The notes beneath the pieces are model-generated. The model made no database searches and was not told the origin of the DNA. It worked only from the letters and a program-made list of their open reading frames with translations. From Cyanophora paradoxa CCMP329 (taxonomy: Eukaryota > Plantae > Glaucophyta), in NCBI GenBank assembly GCA_004431415.1, contig QPMI01000399.1, positions 1-64,000 of the forward strand: a stretch of 64,000 bases of DNA, read 5' to 3'. Below are positions 47,601-60,601 of this stretch, piece after piece. A program made the translations under genes and the position numbers. Position 1 is the stretch's first letter, and the number at the start of each line of letters is the position of its first letter.

Positions 47601-49170
47601 CCGGTTACGTTCTGCGCTCGTCTCTTTCTGGTGGCGTCTGCGAACGCGGTTCCGCCAGTTGTTCAGGAGCTTGAAGTAGAGTCGCCACGACCCGTAGCGG
47701 GCCGGGAAGGGCGCTGCGTCGTCCGGGTCGCGGACGGGCGGCGCGGCATGGGTTCGGGTCCCGGGACGAGGCTTTTGACGAGGCCCTCAAGTTTCTCGAG
47801 ACGGGTGGTTAGTCGGGACGACGGTAAGCCTCCAGCGGATTCTGCAGCCCAGCCAGCGAGTAGGCGACCGACTTTCTTGTCCATCACCAGCTGCCATGCG
47901 ACCGGCCGCCGGCTCGCGGGGCGGGAGCCGCGCGCTTTCAGGCACTTGTGTTCTTTAGCGAGCGCCAGCACGTCCTCGGTGGCCCGCCGGTAGAGGGTAC
48001 CGATTCGCTCCCGCCGCTCCTCGTCGGTGCCGCCGCCAACGCCGTTCAGGGCCTTGTCCAGTTCTGTCTCCAGTCCTTGCAGGCGCTCTTCCACCGCCTT
48101 TCGGAACGCCGGGAGCTTCTCTTTGTCGATGAGGTGCAGCGCGAAGAGGGGCGGGGGCTGCGACGGGCGCGCCTCGTCCTTGGCTGGCTGGCTGAGCCCC
48201 GCCGTTTTCAGGTCATAGTCGGCCATGACGGGGAAGTGATCAGAAGGGTGCGGCATGGCCACGGCTCGGGCAGTGCATGCACCGATCGCAGCGCCTTTTT
48301 CAGGCTCGCCGAGTGGAGCACCGCATCGATGCGCCCTGCCGAGGTGATAGCGTCGTCGGGCGCAGGATCCAGCAGGCGGTCGTCCAGCACGAGTTCCGGC
48401 GCCTCGACCGCCGAGTCCCCGGTTTCGTCGTCGTCCGCTGGCGCGGCCCCCGATGTCTCCGCTGGCGGGCCGTGGCGGGCAATAAAGGTGACCTCTGCTC
48501 CTTTTCTTTTCTCTTCTGCCGCATCTAACAGTCCCAAGTGCCTCGCAGCGTCCCCCACCACGCGCGTTCCGGTATCTGGGACTGGACGAAGCTGCCCTGA
48601 CGAATGCGGGAGATGGCCGGGATCGCAACAGAGTTCCAGTCACCCAGGAGAATCAGGTGAGCTTTCGCGCGAGAGCGAAAGTCCGCGTTGATGCGCTCGA
48701 GGCACTCCATCAGCGCCTTTTGATCCGCGATGTGCTCAGGTTTACTCTCGGTGGGAGGCATGTAGACGCTCGCGACGAACAGCTGGCGGTTCGCCTTGAG
48801 GCGGATTTCACACCCGGCGAGTCTGCCCGGGCAGCGGTAGTGCCGCGCGATGTGGCGCGCCCACGGCTCGGCGACCCAGAGAGCGGTCCCGTTCCCTTTG
48901 GTTTTCGATTTCTTAATCGAGTGGATCAGCCTCCCGCGCGTGATCGAGCTGAGCGGGGCCTCGCCGGGGGCGGCGGCCGGGGTGAAGAGGGCCGCCTGCA
49001 TCTCGGCGTTCGAGACCGAAAGTTCCTGCAGGGCCATCAAATCCAAGGCCCATTTCTGCGCAAAGTCCTCCGCCTGCTGCAGCCGGCCCGCCGACGTGCC
49101 CCTTGTGTTAAAGGTCATCACGCGGAGGGCGCCTTCAGGTTTGTGACGGGAGAGGGCGGGCGCCGGGCCT
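41617..49170 (-). mobile_element. Near-complete family A non-LTR retrotransposon: APE-RT-RNase H-CCHC, frameshifted
   Basis: EN 47663-49121 (MTFNTRG, LQEL, GDWN, SDHFPV); RT 45360-47495 (LRPITLQE, DIRRAYDSV, PQGG, YADD, LLGV); RNase H (WTDGS, NKAEL, IDNQ, KVKAH, NDVADALA); CAAC..ETYTHVFLC; 3' UTR to 41617. Confidence 0.95.
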
Positions 49171-49479
49171 ATGTCTTCATTAGCTCTTCATTAGCTTCAC
49201 AGTTAACGCTGATTGATGATTTAATTCGTGAGCCAACTAGCTGCAGCGCTAGCCCCGCCGGCCCGGCGGGCCGGCAACTCGGCGATCGCGCCGATTGCGA
49301 GGGACCTAACGCAATGGTTATGGATGTAGCTCAGTCAGCCGCCACGCAAAGCCCAGCCAGCACTTTCCACCCCTACCTTCAGTACTAGTACTCTCTTCCC
49401 GCCCGCACACTTTGCCGAGGGGAGCCCTCTCATAGGCCCGGCGCCCGCCCTCTCCCGCCACAAGCCCGACGACGCTTTA

Positions 49480-52045
49480 AGAGTTCTGACGTTTAACACA
49501 AGCCTTTTTGAAGGGGCACGTCGGCGGGCCGGCTACAGCAGGCGGAGGACTTTGCGGAGAAATGGGCACTAGATCTGATGGCGTTGCAGGAGCTCTCGAT
49601 TTCGAATGCCGAGTTGCAGGCGGCCCTCCTCACCCCAGCCGCCGCCCCCGGCGAGGCCCCGCTCAGCTCGATCACGCGCGGGAGGCTGATCCACTCGATT
49701 AAGAAATCGAAAACAAGAGGGAACGGGGCTGCTCTCTGGGTCGCCGCGCCATGGGCGCGCCACAGCAAGGACCAGACCACGTTAAACGTTGAGAGGGGGT
49801 GCTTTCTGGGGGGGGGGCTTGGGGGGCACGGCGGGGACAACAACACGAGGAGGACGCAAACAGTGGAGCGGGAGCCAGTAGCCCACTAGCCAGGGGCTGG
49901 CCAGCAACTTCTCTCTTTCACACCTTTTCTTTCACTAGCTGCGGCATGCTACGGGGATGGAGTAGGGCATTGCCGGCAGGGATTAGGATCTGTGGACATA
50001 TAATTAGGCTTCCGTAGGACCTAGAAATGCAGCAAAGTAGACGTCACAGGAAAAGTAGAAACGCAGTTGTACTTAGAATATCTAGATGTTTAGGCACAGC
50101 ACGCGAGAGTCCTCATATTCTCTTCCTGGATAATGTTTTCAGTGAGGGTATGGTCGACGTTACGACTTCATTGTTGTATGGATGTGCTAATGCAAATCAA
50201 GAATGCCATGGGCGCGCCACATCGCGCGGCACTACCGCTGCCCAGGCAGACTTGCCGGGTGTGAAATCCGCCTCAAGGAGAACCGCCAGCTCTTCGTCGC
50301 GAGCGTCTACATGCCTCCCACCGAGAGTAAACCTGAGCACTTAGCGGATCAAAAGGCGCTGATGGAGTGCCTCGAGCGCATCAACGCGGACTTTCGCTCT
50401 CGCGCGAACGCTCACCTGATTCTCCTGGGTGACTGGAACTCCGTTGCGGTCCCGGCCACCTCCCGCATTCGTCAGGGCAGCTTCGTCCAGTCCCAGACGC
50501 CGGAACGCGCGTGGTGGGGGACGCTGCGAGGCACTTGGGGACTGTTAGATGCGGCGGAAGAGAAAGGAAAAGGAGCGGAGGTCACCTTTATTGGCTGCCA
50601 CGGCCCGACCACGGACCCAACAGCGGCCTCACATACGGACGTCGAGGACGTTGAGGACGCGGCCGCCGCGGAACCGGGCCTCGCACTGAACGACCGCTTG
50701 CTGGATGCTGCGCCCGACGGTGCTTCAGTCGGCGAGCCTGAAAACGTCGCTGCGGTCGGTGTATGCACTGCCACGGGCCGTGGCTATGCCGCACCCTTCC
50801 GATCACTTCCCCGTCATGGCCGACTATGACCTGAAAACGGCGGGGCTCAGCCAGCCAGCCAAGGACGAGGCGCGCCCGGCAAAACCCCCGCCACTCTTCG
50901 CGCTGCACCTCATCGACAAAGAGAAGCTCCCGGCGTTCCGAAAGGCCGTGGAAGAACGTTTGCAAGGACTGGAGACAGAACTGGACAAGGCCCTGAACGG
51001 CGACGGCCGTGGCACCGACGAGGAGCGGCGGGAGCGCATCGGTACCCTCTACCGGCGGGCCACCGAGGACGTGCTGGCGCTAGCTAAAGAACACAAGTCC
51101 CTGAAAGCGCGAGGCTCCCGCCCCGCGAGCCGTCGGCCGGTCGCATGGCAGCTAGTGATGGACAAGAAGGTCGGTCGCCTAATCGCTGGATGGGCTGCAG
51201 AATCCGCCGGAGGCTTACCGTCGTCCCGCTTGCTCACCCGGCTCGAGAAACTGGAGGGCCTCATCAAAACTCTCATCCCGGGACCCGAACCCATGCCGCG
51301 CCGCCCCGTCCGCGACCCGGACGACGCGGCGCCCTTCTCGGCCCGCTACGGGTCGTGGCGACTCTACTTCAAGCTGCTGAACAACTGGCGAAACCGCGTT
51401 CGCAGGCGCCACCAGAAAGAGACGAGCTCGAGCCGCTGAGCGCAGAACGGATCGGAACCGGCAGATCCAGGAGTTCGTCACGTGCACGGCCGCGGCGCGC
51501 CATGGCCAGGCACGCTTTGCGGACCCGCGCCAGCTGCGCAGCTATCTAAATTCTGTACTTCAACGCTCGCGCGGGGAGCCGATCATGCACGTCACGAGAC
51601 TAGCGCGCGACGGGAACTTTTAAATAATCTACGAAATTTACACGTCTCCCGATGAGGTCAAAGCCGTCATGGCCGAGCACTGGAAGCAATGGTGTGCTAA
51701 ACGAAACCCCCAGCTCGGCGGCACAGTCGACCTGGTGCCCGACTCCGCGCTAGCTATATAGACTACCTGCCCCCCGTTCTGGCGTGCAGTCTACCGGCCC
51801 CGGGTTCCAGAGCGTCTTCAAGATTGCGTTTGTACAGTTCGAGGGCCCACCCGCCCCATCTGTCAGCGAGCGCACGTACGCCCCTAGCTCCTCGTACGTA
51901 GGCTCGCTCATTGTCCCGGCGAATGCATCTGCTGCGCCAGCTTGCAACACCAGGAGCTGCCAGATGCGATGTATCCGGAATTGCACCCACCCCGCGGGCG
52001 CCGGCTCCTGATGGCGATCGTCTGCGAGGTGCTCCGCCTCCGGGA
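49480..52045 (+). mobile_element. Third family A copy (EN to start of RT), head-to-head with the previous one; internal inversion about 51800-51948
   Basis: ORFs 49578-49889, 50203-50829, 50705-51439 match the 47663-49121 proteins; 51800-51948 is in the same orientation as 47142-47287. Confidence 0.9.
49765..50204 (+). mobile_element. 5'-truncated family B insertion with 17-bp TSD inside the family A endonuclease
   Basis: gccatgggcgcgccaca at 49748-49764 and 50205-50221; 3' end matches the reverse complement of 16306-16420. Confidence 0.9.
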
Positions 52046-52629
52046 GTCGAAATGCTACGGGCCAGCGCTAGCAGCTGCAGTGGTTTCGATCCATGTCGAC
52101 ATCTTCGCTGGCTGCCGGAGGTGTCTCATGCTTGATCTGAACCGCTAGCCAGTCGTTGGTGGCCTTGTGCAACAGGGATTCGAAGGCTGTGATCAAGTGG
52201 GCCGGATCGACACGGTCGCAGTCGGGGTACTCGACCTCGTACCATTTAATTTGTCGAGTTTGGCGCATGGCGCTGCGCGCAACTTTGCCTGAAGCCGTGA
52301 AGCGGAAGTACAGCTCGTCCTCATGGCTACAAACGTAATCGATGATGATGTTCCCGAGTTCCCCCGGCCCGGTAGGGGCTCGAGGAAGAACCACAAGGCA
52401 CCGTGCAGCTTGACTGCCGCCGCCAGGTACGCTGCGATTCCGTACACCCACGTGTGCACCGAGAGCGGGAACCCCAGGACCTGGTGGACGACGGGGGGCG
52501 TTGTAGGCGCGGCAGCCTTGGGCCCGCGGCGACGCAGAGACACAACGCCGTACGATACACCGGCACTTTTCCGCCAAGCACCGAAATCGGTGTTTTCGGT
52601 ACATTTCGTTACCGAATTTTTCCGACTTT

Positions 52630-52778
52630 TACCCAACCGCGCCGGCTGGTTACCCAATTTTTCCGAATTGTACTCAACCGCGCCGGCTGGTTACCCAATG
52701 TTTCCAAATTTCACTCAACCGCGCCGACTGGTTACCCAATGTTTCCAAATTTCACTCAACCGCGCCGGCTGGTTACCC
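52630..52778. repeat. 41-bp minisatellite, about 3.6 units
   Basis: caaccgcgccggctggttaccc at 52634, 52675, 52716, 52757. Confidence 0.9.
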
Positions 52779-53049
52779 TCTGAGCCTTCTCATCGCCGGG
52801 GCGACCGCTAGGCCGTGTACCGGGTACGTGCAGGCAATCGCCGACATGAACCGAGTTCGCCGACGCCTCCCGCCAACGCCGAGCGAGCCGGTGCAGCCCC
52901 GCCTACCCTCCCCGCCCGCCCGCCGCGCGCCCCGCCGCAGGAGGCCTCGCGGCGCCGCCCCCGGACGCCCAGGAAGCGAGGGGACGAGGCCGCGACGCCG
53001 CCGACGCCTCCCGCCGACGCCGAGCGAGCCCGTGCAGCCCCGCCCGGCA

Positions 53050-53875
53050 CGCTCGTGTACGCAAACCGCAGCGACAGCCTCTACAACGGCAAGGTGATGG
53101 GCCTGAACCGCGGCACCGTCGCGGTGGGGCAGGCCAGGGCGGCCGGGTTCGCGTTCCAGGACGCCGGTGACGCTGCGGCGGGGTACTTCATGGTCGGACC
53201 CGACGGAAAGGCCTTCGTAGCAAAGCCCCCCGAGTCCACCTGCTCGGTCGCGTTCCGTCCGACGCGCGGTAGGGGCACGGAGGGCGTCACCACGTCGGGC
53301 GACTTCGCTGTAACCGGGTCGCTGTCGGCCACGTGGCTCGCCGGAGCCGCTTCACACCCGAGGACGGCACGGAGCCGATATCGGCGGGTCGCGTGAACTT
53401 CGACGTCCTGCCGGCTTCCGTGATTCCGCCGGAATTCCTAACCACGGCCTCGCAGCTCGACGCCAGCATGATCGAAGGCGTGATCGAAGGCGTTACCCAC
53501 CCTCACCGAAGCGAAACTCGTCGTAAGAACCCTCGCGGCCAGCACCGCCCTGGATGCACCGCTGTTCTCCCACGCCGGCTCAATCCGCGTAGACTCTTCG
53601 ACCGTGAACATCGGCTCGCTGAGCGCAACCGCCGTCAACATCGGTACGGGCAGCGCCATGCAGACCGTGAACATCGGCACCGGTGCAGGCATGACCACCA
53701 TCACCATCGGCGGACCGGGCGATACTGTGAACATAGCGGGCTCCGTTGCGGCCATCGCCGCGACCAACCTCGACATCACCGACAAGGCGATAGTCTTGAA
53801 CAAGGGAGGAACGAGCGCTACCGCGCGCGGCGCCGGCGTATTCATCGCCAGCGGCGCCGTTGACGACGCCGCCAC
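53050..53875 (+). pseudogene. Frameshifted fragment of a viral fibre/structural-like protein
   Basis: VNIGTG repeats, TNLDITDKAIVLNKGG..ARGAGVFI and a second related unit GKVMGLNRG..ARAAGFAF; resembles beta-rich fibre proteins of large DNA viruses, PLVs and phages. Confidence 0.55.
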
Positions 53876-55036
53876 GCCCCGCGGCAGGGTGATGGGCTGC
53901 CCGCACCACCAGTGCCGCCGGCCGACTCCGAGCCCTCCCACGCCCTACCTGCACACGAGGCCCGCCCGCCGCGCATCCTGCCACTAGCCCTGGGGCCCGT
54001 GCACAGCTGCCTGTGCACGCAGCGCCCTGCCTCCGAGACCGACTGGGGGGGATGGCGATGCACTTGCGTGCTACAGCTGCCGATGAATATAAGCCAGCTC
54101 GGGGTTCAGGGGAAAATCGAAGGAGAAGCGCATGCAACTGCGGGGACAGGCGCCACGTGCACGCTTCACGCGTAGGTAAGGAGGAGCGGGGAGGGTCGCT
54201 TACAGGGGGGTACGTGGGAGGAAAACGTACCCATCAACCGCGTGGATCGGCTAGCCTGGGCTCGCGCACGCACGACAGCCACGCTAGGAGAGCAGTCTAA
54301 TCATGACTGCACCGCCTGCCTGAAGCGCCAGCCTGTTCTGATAGCAGGCCGCGGATCCCGCTGTACCACGAAAGCTAGTATCTAAGCGAAGCCAGGAGCT
54401 CGAGAAGCTGGAGGCCGGCCTTACGCCTTATAATTACACAAGCCCAAGCACTAGCGCCCCGTGGCCAGCGCTAGCTCTACCTCACGCCAGTGCTAACGTT
54501 AACGCCAGGTTCGCCGTTGAGCCTCGAATTCCAGTACTAGTACAAGTCTTTGAATTCTCACTGCTTAAGCTCTTCGAGCCCCATGATATATATATGGCCG
54601 CCTCCGAAATTTATATCGCCCCCAGGCCAGAAAATTATTTAAAAGACCGTTTTTCTTCCCTCACTAGTACTCATCTGATCATGAGTCTTCTTCCCTCTGG
54701 ATCTGTTGCCTATTCATCACGCACCAACCAATCGGAAGCAGACCGTCAATCGAACTCGATAGCTGCCTTGAACGCAGCGCTAGCGCTATTGCTAGCGCCG
54801 GTGCAGTTGCGGCAACAGGCTACGGGCCACGTGCACGGATCCGGACACAGTCGGCCAGCCGCCGCGGATCCGGAGGGCCACCGCGCCAGGCCTGCACAGG
54901 CACCGGCTATAGCTACGGGCGGCTCGCAATCGGGCAGCCGCCGACACCCGGCTCGTCCCTCGCCCAATGACTCGGCGAGCTCGGAAGCTGGCCGGCACCA
55001 GGGACACATGGAAATTCCTCTCCCATCTGTAATCCC

Positions 55037-56790
55037 ATGACCACACCTAGCACGCACGGCCCCGCTGGTATCGGACGTCCCGCGCCGCTGCTCCGCACGC
55101 TGTTCCCGCTTGAACTGTTTACACACGAACGCCTTGGAGCCAAACCTGCGGGCACTCACCAAAAATCGGGCATCATACGCCGCCGCTTTGACTCTGACCA
55201 GTACTGGAGACTCGCGACCTGGAACGCCCGCACCTGCTCTAGCGTTAACCATGTTGGCCAGATCCAGAAATATATGCGTGACTGGGGGCTGAACGTATTA
55301 GGGGTCCAATCACTTAACTGCACCCAGGCAACGGTCAGAGCGATGCGCAGGTCAGTGACATCGGGGCTCATGCTCACGTCCGTGCACGCCGACTCGGCCA
55401 TGCGCACGACTAGTGCTCAGGAGCTCCCAGCTCGAGCTCCGCCCACCCCGCCCCGCTCGCAGAAGAAAATCCGCCAAAATCGAGCCTCCCCACGCGGCTC
55501 CGGCGTAGCCCTTTTTCTCTCAGAAAATATGGCCAAGCACTGTTTTAAGACCTACGCAATGCCAGGCCGCGTGGCCGGCTGTGAGCTCCGATTTGCAAAT
55601 AATGTTCAGATCTTTATCGCCAGCGTGTACCTCCCCCCCGGTGAAAGTCGGACGGCGCGGTCTACTGAAAGTGCAAAAATCTTCGACTATCTCCGCACGA
55701 CCATGTATGCTGACTGGGCGCTCCGCCCCCGCGCGCACTTTTTCCGTCTTGGCGACCTTAACAGCTGCCTCTGCCCTGAGACGGGCAAAATCAGACAGGG
55801 GCAATATGCGACCACACGAGAACCTGATCATCGCTGGTGGCATGAATTGCTTCACGACTGGACCCTCTCCGACGCTGCCACAGCCATGGGCACCGACGAC
55901 CAAATCACCTTCATATTTCCTGACGCTCCTGACAACCCCAACCCTCGAGGCTTCGCCCCAGACGGCACGCTCCGCCATGCTACCCGGCTCGACTACATCC
56001 TACAATCCCAAGTCGCGACTAACGCTCTTCGAGCGGCCCAAGCGTCGCCTAGAAACGCCCCTTTCTCCTCGGACCATTTTCCACTCCTTGCAGAGTACAG
56101 TAAACGGGCCCTGGCCATCAAATATAAACTGGGCCCCTCAGTGCTTTCGCACGGCCCTCCGCGTTTCAAGTATGCGACACAGGCATCGCTCACAAAAATT
56201 CGCTTCAAAGAACTACTGGAAGAAAAGCTACAGCAGCCGGTGCCGGGGTCCTCAGCTAGCGTACGGGAGCTACTCGCAACGCTTGAGGACGATGACGGCA
56301 CCCGGCCAGAGGACCGCCTAGCCCGCCTGCACGAAGCCCTCAAATCCACCCTCGCCCACATCTGTGATCTCGGCCAATCGCCAGTATTTGGCATCTACAC
56401 GCCCCCAAAAATCCCTCAAAAATTCTCCCGCCGTGGCCGCCCCGAATCCAACCATCTCACGAGGGCCCAGGAACTGCGCAAGGCATGGGAAGCGGCGCGC
56501 CACGGGATTGACTCCACGCCGCGCCGCGTACGGCACTCCCTCTCTGATCTGCGCAGGGCCATCTCAAATCACAACCGCCGGCTCGACAAACTCCCAATAG
56601 ACAAGCGGTCAGGCTATCTTAAACTCCCGTTACCCCCTGTGCCGCCGCCATTCTCTGCCCGACAATCAAGCTGGCTCGACTATTTTCCGAGCTTCACCAC
56701 TTGGGCCTCGGCCTTGGACACCAAAGTCCAGGCCCACATTAAACGTTTCGAAGCCACGACAATCAGAGCAAACCGAGAGCGCTCGCAGCT
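55037..56790 (+). mobile_element. Non-LTR family C: APE endonuclease N-terminal part of a diverged relative, truncated before the RT
   Basis: LATWNART, GSGVALFL, IASVYLP, GDLNS, RLDYIL, SSDHFPL in one open 594-aa frame. Confidence 0.9.
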
Positions 56791-57402
56791 GCAGGGCAGC
56801 ACAGTCGTGCAACTCTCTTAAACCGACTTCATAATCGAATCCAGCCCGAGAACCCCCCAGAGCATGCTCAGGCATGTAGGAGATGTGGGCCCTAGGTTTC
56901 AAAATGGCTTGCAGAGAGCACCAAAACATCCATGCAGCGTTCATGATGCTCATGAAAATTGATCATGATGCCTGGAAAAGATCCCCACCTTTTAACTGAC
57001 TGGCGAGGTGTACCTGGGCTAACTCAAGGGCGCTGGATTCGATTTTGATAGTGGTTAGCGCTGAAAAGGTGCTCTTGCCTGCCAAGCAATAGTGGGCCCC
57101 AGTCACTAACACTTCATTTGTGCCAATTTGCAGGGCAGCACAGTCGCGCAACTCTCTTAAACCGACTTCATAATCGAATCCAGCTCCCTCGAGAACCCCC
57201 GACAGCATGCTCAGGCGTGTAGGAGATATGGGCCCTAGGTTTCAAAGTGGCTCGCAGCGAGCATCGGAGCACCCATGCATGCAGCGTTCATGATGCTCAT
57301 GAGAATTGATCATGATGCCTGGAAAAGATCCCCACCTTTTAACTGACTGGCGAGGTGTACCTGGGCTAACTCAAGGGCGCTGGATTCGATTTTGATAGTG
57401 GT
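56789..57402. repeat. About 340-bp tandem duplication (about 1.8 copies)
   Basis: tgcagggcagcacagtcg...gattttgatagtggtt at about 56789 and 57129. Confidence 0.9.
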
Positions 57403-57436
57403 TTGATAAGAAGCTGTTAGCAGCTATATGATGGGT

Positions 57437-59115
57437 TCTAAGCCACTTCCGCACATGGCGCAGTGCCGTGCCGGGACGCACGTGCACACACGCGTAATAT
57501 CCGCGTATGATTGAATGACATACCCCTACACAAGGGATGGGGTATCACTAGCGTACATGGTACATTCGCTACGGCGAAAGGGGAAGGGGGACTACGCTTC
57601 GTGACAACTCTCCTCCAAGTAAGAAAAAGGCCACGTCCGCGCTGGCCAAGTCCAAGGAAGGAAAAGAAAAGAAAGAGATCAAGCAGGGTCCCTCCAAGGC
57701 TTGAGCCGAGAAGCGTGAACCATTTGGCGCGAGCCCTCAGCAGGGGAACCATGCTCCTTAGGACCAGATTACTCCAGCAAGAAAGTAACTCCCTTGCCGT
57801 GAGAAACATCTTTGAGCACAGTCCAAGGCCCAGTGAAACGGTGGGAAAGCTTGTCAGACCGCCGAGTGGAAGGGGTCTTCACAGCAACAACTTCTCCAGG
57901 AATGAAAACTGGTTGAGAAGGCCGCTGCTGTTGCTTGGCAAGATATTCCTCCTTAGCTTGCTGAATATGAGTATAGATCCGAGAGAAACGCCGTGCCAGT
58001 GTAGCCGGATAACCAGAAGGCTCTGAAGTAGTCACTTGAACTTCAGGAGTTGCCAGCAAGTCCACAGGAAGAGTACAAGGCCTCCCATACAACATTTCAA
58101 AAGGAGTGTAGCCCGTTGTAGGATTACCAAAGTTGCGAACTGCGAAGAGAGCGAACGGAAGAGAAAGATCCCATGTCGAAGCGTTCCTGTCAATATAAAA
58201 CCGTAGGCGAGTAACCAAAGTGTCATTCAATTTTTCCACAGCTCCTTGTGACTGCGGATGATAAGAAGAAGAAAAGACCGCCTTTATTCCAAAAAGACGC
58301 TCCAGTTCATTAAGAAGCAAATTTTTGAATTCGCCGCCCTGATCCGACGAAATCTTGGCGGGGACTCCATGAAGGGGAATCCAGTGGTCAAACAACGCCC
58401 GAACGACGGACATAGCCGACTTCGTTCGCGCAGGCACCGCGTGGCACCAACGCGTAAAAACATCAATAATAGTAATCAGATATTTGTTGCCTTGTTTCGA
58501 TTTAGGAAAAGGCCCGACGATGTCAATTTCCAAGTGTTGCATCGGCCGGTCAGCATGAATCTCGAATTGAGGAACCGCTTGAACAGTCTTGGAATTCTTG
58601 ACACGTTGGCAATCGGCGCATATAGAAACAAATGTAGCGACATCAGAAAACATATTCCGCCAATAGTACCGCCGCTTGAGATGATTGTACATCTTGCCGA
58701 CGCCAGGATGTCCGAGCATGCGGTGCACCGAAGACAGAATAATCGATTTTAGTTGATCTGGTACGCAAATACGCACAAGTTTGTCCGAAGGCCGAGTGTG
58801 GACGAGAACGCCATCTTGCACAGAAAACTTGCCACTCTTGAGTTGGCGTTCGGCCTCCTTGTTGACACCTTGTGGTTCAATCGTAATATCTGATTCCAAA
58901 AACTTAATCATATCCGCCAAAATAACATCATTTATTTGCTCATTGTGAATGCGAGCCGGGGGCAAACTCAATTGCAACTCAATGGCATCCAAGAAAGCGC
59001 TCGAAAAATTAGAAGAAAATTCCATCGCTTCCAAGGAAAGAACTGCTACTCGCACAAGGCGAGAAAGAGCATCCACATCGGCATTAGACTTGCCAGGCTT
59101 ATGCTGGATCGGGAA
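57437..59115 (-). mobile_element. Ty3/Gypsy LTR retrotransposon remnant: RNase H end, integrase, PPT and start of 3' LTR
   Basis: HKPGKSNADVDALSR; H..GH..C..C zinc finger; D,D(35)E core (IDIVGP, SDQG, AVEKLN); FTGPW and VHASRLKP; PPT ggaggagag (57608-57616) then TGTCAC from 57606. Left limit uncertain. Confidence 0.9.
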
Positions 59116-59807
59116 CGGCCTCCTCTACGTGCTCGAGCTAGCAGTGTGAGCCGCCGGGCACCCGAAAATGTTCGCGGATGCGTATTCAACTCCCGAACGC
59201 GCGCGAGGCCTTAACTCGCGCTGGCATTCGAATTCGGGCCGCGTTCGAACCGCGGATCTAAAAAAACCCGCGGGGGGTATACGCAACGGGGGCCCACAGC
59301 TGCTCGTAAAGCGCAGTCTGCAGCTGCAGCGCACAGCAGACGCAGTCGCGAGGCAGTAGCACAGTTCTGTTGCCTTTCGGGGCCGGGCGCCGGTCGGGAG
59401 AGAGCGCCTACAGGTGAATTCCTCGAGCTCTGCGCCCGCGGCTGACATCGCGCCCGCACCGCGGCTCGCAACATCGCTTATCCCTCCCGATCCGCTCATC
59501 CCTCCCGCTGTGCTGCCGGTCGTGCGCCGCGTTCACGGACCGCGCAGAGCTTGAACACTCCCATCGCGCGCCTCTGGCTTGCTGGCCGGTCTGGGTAGAC
59601 GATCGGCTCCTTGAAGATCGCTGTACGCTATTGCTTGGATCGCTCTGCGCTGGTCGCCCTGACCGCGCTGGCCGCAGTGGGACGTCCGATTCAGGCGAAC
59701 TGAAAAAGCTCGCCCTGCCTGGGGTCATCAATGCCCCCCGGACGGCAAGTGCTCACTTGAAGATTGTCTTCTTCACTTGAAGTCTCACGGGTTCCTTCAC
59801 AGACGGC

Positions 59808-60260
59808 GGGCCTCGCTCTTTGGGCCAGGTGAGCCGGCGGCGCGGCCGAATGGCTCTCGCGTCGATCTCTGAGATATTCACCCGCAGATGCCCTCCGTAG
59901 CGCGTGCTCGCTGCCCGCAGGGCGCTCAAGCGCATCGAAAGCTCGGGGCTCATCCAACGGGCCTCGCTCTTTGGGCCTTGTTCAGGTGAGCCGGCGGCGC
60001 GGCCGGCAAGCGCATCGAAAGCTCGGGGCTCATCCGACGGGCCTCGCTCTTTGGGCCATGGTCAGGTGAGCTGGCTGCGCGGCCGGACGGCTCTCGCAAT
60101 GGTCTCTTAGATATCCACCTGCAGATGCCCTCCGTAGCGCGCGCTCGCGGCCCGCAGGGCGCCCAAGCGCATTGGAAGCTCGGGGCTCGTCCGGAGGGCC
60201 TCGCTCTTTGGGCCAGGTGAGCTGGCCGCGCGGCCGGACCGCTCTCGCAACGGTCTCCAA
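59808..60260. repeat. Irregular tandem repeats with core gggcctcgctctttgggccaggtgag
   Basis: Four cores at about 59808, 59959, 60039, 60196. Confidence 0.85.
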
Positions 60261-60601
60261 GATTTTCTATCCGCAGAGACTCTCTGTGCGCTCGCCCACA
60301 TTCGGCAGGGCGCCCAAGTGGGCCTCAGGAACTTAGTGCAGGATCTGATCCATTCCCGTCAACAGCGTGAATTTGGGCTTCTTTTTGAACAGGATTTCTC
60401 CCCCTTTTGTAATTTCTCGTTCATCTATTCGAAATGATAGTCAAGCTTTTTTTCCATCAACTTGTTCCTGATGCAACATCCCCCCGGGGTCCACACCCAC
60501 CCCTCACGAGCCCTACCCCTACTTCTCGAGCAAATCTGTGTTGAAGTCCCCACATGCTATGTCAGGGCGTAGGGACTTTGAGTACCTGGTTTCTAGATTG
60601 T

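Noticed and set aside
52630-52778. CRISPR array
   Set aside because: Intervening sequences are near-identical, no cas genes, eukaryotic context
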